DNA from: a virus
Lineage: Duplodnaviria > Heunggongvirae > Uroviricota > Caudoviricetes
DNA: 12,705 bases
Direction: 5' to 3' (one strand)
IMG/VR virus record: IMGVR_UViG_2778261165_000008
Shown: positions 8,117-12,705 of the stretch, piece after piece
Numbering within the stretch: the first letter of the stretch is position 1
Layout of the letters: every line of letters starts with the position of its first letter
Program-made: the position numbers and the translations under genes
Notes under the pieces: model-generated
The model's database searches: none
Told to the model about the DNA's origin: nothing
What the model saw: only the letters and a program-made list of their open reading frames with translations

Positions 8117-11100
8117 ATGGCAGTACGGATTTCAGGTGTACTGAAAGATGGCGCAGGTAAGCCGATACAAAACTGCACCATTCAGCTAAAGGCCAGGCGC
8201 AACAGCACCACGGTGGTGGTGAACACAGTGGCCTCAGAAAACCCGGATGAAGCCGGGCGTTACACAATGGACGTCGAGTATGGTCAGTACAGCGTCAGTC
8301 TGTTGGTGGAGGGATTCCCGCCGTCACACGCCGGGATTATCACCGTATATGAGGACTCAAAGCCGGGCACACTGAATGATTTCCTCGGTGCAATGACGGA
8401 GGATGATGTCCGGCCAGAGGCACTGCGCCGTTTTGAACTGATGGTGGAAGAGGTGGCGCGTAACGCGTCCGCAGTGGCACAGAACACGGCAGCCGCGAAG
8501 AAGTCAGCCAGTGATGCCAGCACATCTGCCCGTGAGGCGGCAACCCATGCGACTGATGCTGCAGGCTCAGCACGCGCAGCCAGCACGTCAGCCGGACAGG
8601 CCGCGTCGTCGGCTCAGTCAGCGTCTTCCAGCGCAGGAACGGCATCAGCAAAGGCCACTGAAGCATCAAAAAGTGCTGCCGCTGCAGAGTCCTCAAAAAG
8701 CGCGGCGGCCACCAGTGCCGCTGCGGCAAAAACGTCAGAAACGAATGCGGCAGCGTCACAACAATCAGCAGCCACTTCAGCATCCACCGCGACCACGAAA
8801 GCGTCAGAAGCTGCCACCTCAGCCCGGGATGCGTCGGCTTCAAAAGAGGCGGCAAAATCATCAGAAACGAGCGCAGCCTCGAGCGCCAGCAGCGCAGCTT
8901 CCTCGGCAACGGCGACAGCAAATTCTGCGAAGGCGGCAAAAACGTCCGAGACGAACGCCAAGGCTTCTGAAACGGCAGCGGGACAGAGTGCCTCAGCTGC
9001 GGCAGGCTCAAAAACAGCGGCTGCGTCGTCTGCCAGTGCCGCGTCAACAAGTGCCGGGCAGGCCTCAGCCAGTGCCACCGCCGCCGGAAAATCGGCAGAA
9101 AGTGCTGCATCGTCCGCTTCAACAGCCACAACGAAGGCTGGCGAAGCCGCTGTACAGGCCAGCGCAGCAGCGAGGTCTGCTTCCGCAGCGAAGACATCCG
9201 AAACGAATGCGAAAGCGTCGGAAACCCGTGCAGAATCCTCAAAAACGGCAGCCGCATCGTCCGCCAGTTCGGCAGCGTCATCGGCATCATCTGCGTCTGC
9301 TTCAAAAGATGAGGCGACCAGACAGGCGTCAGCAGCGAAGGGCAGCGCCACGACGGCATCCACGAAAGCAACAGAGGCGGCAGGCAGTGCGACGGCAGCA
9401 TCTCAGAGCAAAACTGCTGCTGAATCCGCTGCGACCCGTGCGGAAGCTGCTGCTGATCGTGCTGAAGAGATTGCCGGTGCAGTTGCGATGGAAGACGCAA
9501 GCCTTACAACTAAAGGTGTTGTGAAACTTAGCAGTGCTGTTGATAGCACCAGTGAATCGCTGGCCGCAACGCCAAAAGCAGTTAAAGCAGCCAATGACAA
9601 TGCGAATAGCAGGGTGCCATCTAACCGAAAAGTTAACGGAAAAGCACTGACTGCGGATATAACATTAACGCCGAAAGATATTGGTACTTTAAATTCAGTA
9701 ACGATGTCTTTCTCTGGCGGGGCTGGGTGGTTCAAACTGGCTACGGTTACCATGCCACAAGCGAGTTCCATCGTTTACATCGCATTGATTGGTGGCGCTG
9801 GTTACAACGTCGGTTCCCCACATCAGGCAGGCATTTCAGAACTGGTTCTACGAGCAGGCAATGGAAACCCCAAAGGAATTACCGGGGCTTTGTGGAAGCG
9901 TACAGCCGTCGGATTAACGAATTTCGCCTGGATCAACACATCCGGCGATACATATGATATTTACGTTGAGATTGGCAATTATGCGACTCGTGTAAATATC
10001 CATTGGGATTGTACTGCAAATGCGACAGTTTCTATTTATACATCGCCAACATATTCAGCGAGTAAGCCTTCCAGCGTTACCGATGGTGTTGTTTATACGA
10101 TGTATAGCACACATCAGAAACCGACGCCGTTAGATATTGGAGCACTGCCAACAACCGGAGGAACAGTTTCAGGTCCGTTGTCTGTTACAGGTGGATTAAC
10201 TGGTTCATTGAATGGTAATGCAAGTACAGCCACGAAATTGCAGACGGCAAGATCTATCGGTGGAGTTGTTTTCGACGGTTCTGCAAATATTAACCTTCCA
10301 GGTGTAAACACTACGGGTAATCAGAACACCACTGGTAATGCTGCAACTGCTACAAAACTTCAGACTGCAAGAAAAATATCCGGTGTTCCATTTGATGGTT
10401 CTACTGATATCACTTTAACCGCCGCGCATGTGGCTGCTTTTGCCAGAAGAGCAACGGATGCGTATGCCGATGCGGATGGGGGCGTTCCATGGAATGCCGA
10501 ATCAGGCGCTTACAATGTCACCCGCTCTGGCGACAGCTATATTCTGGTTAACTTCTATACCGGAGTCGGAAGTTGCCGGACCTTGCAGATGAAGGCGCAT
10601 TACAGAAATGGTGGTCTGTTCTACCGTTCTTCAAGAGACGGTTATGGTTTTGAAAGTGGTTGGGCGCAGCTTTACACCTCGGCTCATCCTCCTGCAGAGT
10701 TTTATCCAGTCGGTGCACCAATCCCGTGGCCATCAGATACCGTTCCGTCTGGTTATGCCCTGATGCAGGGGCAGACTTTTGACAAATCTGCCTACCCAAA
10801 ACTTGCAGCCGCTTATCCGTCAGGCGTGATCCCTGATATGCGTGGCTGGACGATTAAGGGCAAACCTGCCAGTGGTCGAGCCGTATTATCTCAGGAACAG
10901 GACGGCATTAAATCGCACACCCACAGCGCCAGCGCATCCAGTACGGATTTGGGGACGAAAAACACATCGTCGTTTGATTACGGCACTAAATCCACGAATA
11001 ACACCGGGGCGCATACCCATAGTGTTAGCGGTACGGCTGCTTCAGCCGGTGCACATACCCATTCGATGACATTTGTTTCAGGTGGTTCCAGTGGTGCTCC

Positions 11101-11344
11101 GGGAAGTGGAGCATCTGATTATTCTAAATACAGTGTTAACACTTCTTCTGCAGGCGCTCATACGCACTCTGTATCGGGTACTGCTGCAAGCGCAGGTGCA
11201 CACGCACATACTGTGGGTATTGGTGCTCATACGCACTCGGTTGCGATTGGCTCACATGGACACACCATCACCGTTAACGCTGCTGGTAACGCGGAAAACA
11301 CCGTCAAAAACATCGCATTTAACTATATTGTGAGGCTTGCATAA
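8117..11344 (+). CDS. stf: Side tail fibre protein (lambda Stf family), mosaic
   Basis: 1075 aa. The N-terminus [38 protein letters not shown] and the C-terminus from GAPIPWPSD to [11 protein letters not shown] match lambda Stf as I recall it. Between them are an Ala/Ser/Thr-rich repeat block, a divergent AT-richer domain and His-rich HxH repeats. The stop overlaps the tfa start (TAATG). Confidence 0.93.
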   Translation: MAVRISGVLKDGAGKPIQNCTIQLKARRNSTTVVVNTVASENPDEAGRYTMDVEYGQYSVSLLVEGFPPSHAGIITVYEDSKPGTLNDFLGAMTEDDVRPEALRRFELMVEEVARNASAVAQNTAAAKKSASDASTSAREAATHATDAAGSARAASTSAGQAASSAQSASSSAGTASAKATEASKSAAAAESSKSAAATSAAAAKTSETNAAASQQSAATSASTATTKASEAATSARDASASKEAAKSSETSAASSASSAASSATATANSAKAAKTSETNAKASETAAGQSASAAAGSKTAAASSASAASTSAGQASASATAAGKSAESAASSASTATTKAGEAAVQASAAARSASAAKTSETNAKASETRAESSKTAAASSASSAASSASSASASKDEATRQASAAKGSATTASTKATEAAGSATAASQSKTAAESAATRAEAAADRAEEIAGAVAMEDASLTTKGVVKLSSAVDSTSESLAATPKAVKAANDNANSRVPSNRKVNGKALTADITLTPKDIGTLNSVTMSFSGGAGWFKLATVTMPQASSIVYIALIGGAGYNVGSPHQAGISELVLRAGNGNPKGITGALWKRTAVGLTNFAWINTSGDTYDIYVEIGNYATRVNIHWDCTANATVSIYTSPTYSASKPSSVTDGVVYTMYSTHQKPTPLDIGALPTTGGTVSGPLSVTGGLTGSLNGNASTATKLQTARSIGGVVFDGSANINLPGVNTTGNQNTTGNAATATKLQTARKISGVPFDGSTDITLTAAHVAAFARRATDAYADADGGVPWNAESGAYNVTRSGDSYILVNFYTGVGSCRTLQMKAHYRNGGLFYRSSRDGYGFESGWAQLYTSAHPPAEFYPVGAPIPWPSDTVPSGYALMQGQTFDKSAYPKLAAAYPSGVIPDMRGWTIKGKPASGRAVLSQEQDGIKSHTHSASASSTDLGTKNTSSFDYGTKSTNNTGAHTHSVSGTAASAGAHTHSMTFVSGGSSGAPGSGASDYSKYSVNTSSAGAHTHSVSGTAASAGAHAHTVGIGAHTHSVAIGSHGHTITVNAAGNAENTVKNIAFNYIVRLA
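8465..9480 (+). repeat. Ala/Ser/Thr-rich low-complexity coding repeats inside stf, with recurring [13 protein letters not shown]-type units
   Basis: Three similar DNA units lie near 8717..8760, 8933..8975 and 9187..9228. The biased composition produces long stop-free alternate frames on both strands (ORF-track entries 8340..9500, 8511..9524 and 8614..9363). Confidence 0.8.
10205..10415 (+). repeat. Two copies of a phage tail-fibre repeat motif (G-N-A[20 protein letters not shown]) inside stf
   Basis: [28 protein letters not shown] and [28 protein letters not shown] are encoded about 120 nt apart, with synonymous divergence at the DNA level. Confidence 0.75.
10911..11270 (+). repeat. His-rich HxH repeat region in the Stf C-terminal domain
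   Basis: Repeated [24 protein letters not shown] and SHGHT motifs, including duplicated [17 protein letters not shown] units. Similar HxH motifs are known from distal tail fibre tips, for example in T4 gp37. Confidence 0.7.
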
Positions 11345-11919
11345 TGGTATTCAGAATGAGTGAACAACCACGGACCATAACAATTTATAATCTGCTGGCC
11401 GGAACTAATGAATTTATTGGTGAAGGTGATGCATATATTCCGCCTCATACAGGTCTGCCAGCAAACAGTACCGATATTGCACCGCCAGATATTCCGGCAG
11501 GCTTCGTGGCTGTTTTCAACAGTGATGAGGCATCGTGGCATCTCGTTGAAGATCATCGGGGTAAAACGGTTTATGACGTGGCTTCCGGCGACGCGTTATT
11601 TATTTCTGAACTCGGTCCGTTACCGGAAAATGTTACCTGGTTATCGCCGGAAGGGGAGTTTCAGAAGTGGAACGGCACAGCCTGGGTGAAGGATACGGAA
11701 GCAGAAAAACTGTTCCGGATCCGGGAGGCGGAAGAAACAAAAAACAACCTGATGCAGGTAGCCAGTGAGCATATTGCGCCGCTTCAGGATGCTGCAGATC
11801 TGGAAATTGCAACGGAGGAAGAAATCTCGTTGCTGGAAGCATGGAAAAAGTATCGGGTATTGCTGAACCGTGTTGATACGTCAACTTCACAGGATATTGA
11901 ATGGCCAGCACTGCCGTAG
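11344..11919 (+). CDS. tfa: Tail fibre assembly protein (Tfa family, TfaR/TfaQ-like)
   Basis: 191 aa, with [50 protein letters not shown] near the N-terminus. It closely resembles the E. coli K-12 Rac/Qin Tfa proteins as I recall them and is translationally coupled to stf. Confidence 0.9.
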   Translation: MVFRMSEQPRTITIYNLLAGTNEFIGEGDAYIPPHTGLPANSTDIAPPDIPAGFVAVFNSDEASWHLVEDHRGKTVYDVASGDALFISELGPLPENVTWLSPEGEFQKWNGTAWVKDTEAEKLFRIREAEETKNNLMQVASEHIAPLQDAADLEIATEEEISLLEAWKKYRVLLNRVDTSTSQDIEWPALP

Positions 11920-12016
11920 GGTAAAACATATAAATTCTATAATTAGATGTATCTTTCCATTTACGGCAAGGAAGGGGGCTTGGAAGACGTAAAGCATCTC
12001 ACACCGAGATTATTTT

Positions 12017-12520
12017 TTATATGTCAGGTGTCTGAAGTTTTGCTTTGGCTCTTAAAATGGTTTGCCGCGAGGTTTTGAATTCCCGGGCAATGGCACTTAT
12101 ACTTACACCTGACTTAATTCGTTCGAATACCACCTGTTTCTGTTCTTCATTTAACACAGGTGGTCGACCAAAACGTTTCCCTGCGCCGCGGGCTCTTACT
12201 ATCCCGGAATGAGTGCGTTCAAGTAAAAGGTCTCGTTCAAATTCAGCGACTGCTGAAATTACTTGCATCATCATTTTTCCTGTTGGACTGGTCAGGTCAA
12301 TGCCCCCCAATGCTAAGCAATGCACTCTGATACCTGTTTCGGTCAGTTGTTCCACTGTTTTCCTGATATCCATTGCATTACAACCAAGGCGATCCAGTTT
12401 TGTCACAATCAATTGATCACCACATTTCAGGCGAGCAAGCAACCGGTTAAAACCAGGACGCTCACTGGTTGCTGCTGAGCCCTGAGAGATCCCCTCATAA
12501 TTTCCCCAAAGCGTAACCAT
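12017..12520 (-). pseudogene. pin: Site-specific DNA invertase (serine recombinase, Pin/Hin/Gin family), N-terminally truncated and lacking the catalytic Ser segment
   Basis: The 167-aa minus-strand ORF contains [36 protein letters not shown] and a C-terminal helix-turn-helix, all serine recombinase hallmarks. About 25 to 35 N-terminal residues, including the G-Y-x-R-V-S-T catalytic motif, are absent, and the first residues (MVTLWGNY) do not fit the family. The in-frame sequence upstream carries a stop. Confidence 0.8.
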
Positions 12521-12705
12521 GTGTGAATAAATTTTGAGCTAGTAGGGTTGCAGCCACGAGTAAGTCTTCCCTTGTTATTGTGTAGCCAGAATGCCGCAAA
12601 ACTTCCATGCCTAAGCGAACTGTTGAGAGTACGTTTCGATTTCTGACTGTGTTAGCCTGGAAGTGCTTGTCCCAACCTTGTTTCTGAGCATGAACGCCCG
12701 CAAGC
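12490..12705 (-). other. Unassigned stop-free frame running in from the window's 3' edge on the minus strand (C-terminal fragment of an unknown protein, or non-coding junction DNA)
   Basis: A minus-strand frame is open for about 70 codons (…[37 protein letters not shown], then stop) and ends about 30 nt inside the truncated pin ORF in a different frame. I could not assign a family. Confidence 0.2.

Noticed and set aside
8340-9524. Three long ORFs (386, 337 and 249 aa) overlapping the stf Ala/Ser/Thr repeat block
   Set aside because: They are out-of-frame or antisense readings of low-complexity coding repeats with extremely biased composition. Only the stf frame shows a coherent protein.
11920-12016. 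Possible invertase crossover (gix/hix/pix-like) site between tfa and pin
   Set aside because: I could not find a 26-bp site matching the half-site pattern of known crossover sites. Partial resemblances such as TTTACGGCAAGGAA are too weak to call without a scoring matrix.
1-12705. CRISPR arrays, tRNA/rRNA genes, toxin-antitoxin or defence-system genes
   Set aside because: No direct repeat-spacer periodicity or tRNA-like structures were seen, and intergenic space is almost absent. Every sizeable ORF is accounted for by phage structural genes, the IS or the pin remnant.

Overview
This window is the distal tail-morphogenesis region of a lambda-like (siphovirus) prophage, all on the + strand and tightly packed. 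It contains the 3' part of the tape measure gene (gpH-like), then M, L, K, I and J (tip attachment / host specificity), a lom-type outer-membrane protein moron bracketed by hairpin terminators, a large mosaic side tail fibre gene (stf) and a tail fibre assembly gene (tfa). Two features point to decay of the prophage. The first 127 bp are the terminus of an IS3-family element (IS629/IS1203-like) on the minus strand, which interrupts the tape measure gene. At the 3' end, a Pin/Hin/Gin-type DNA invertase gene on the minus strand has lost its N-terminal catalytic segment and abuts unrelated sequence. I found no defence system, CRISPR array, tRNA or rRNA. All homology statements are from recalled reference sequences (lambda, E. 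coli K-12 Rac/Qin, IS629), not from database searches, and the lambda comparison for K and I is the least secure.
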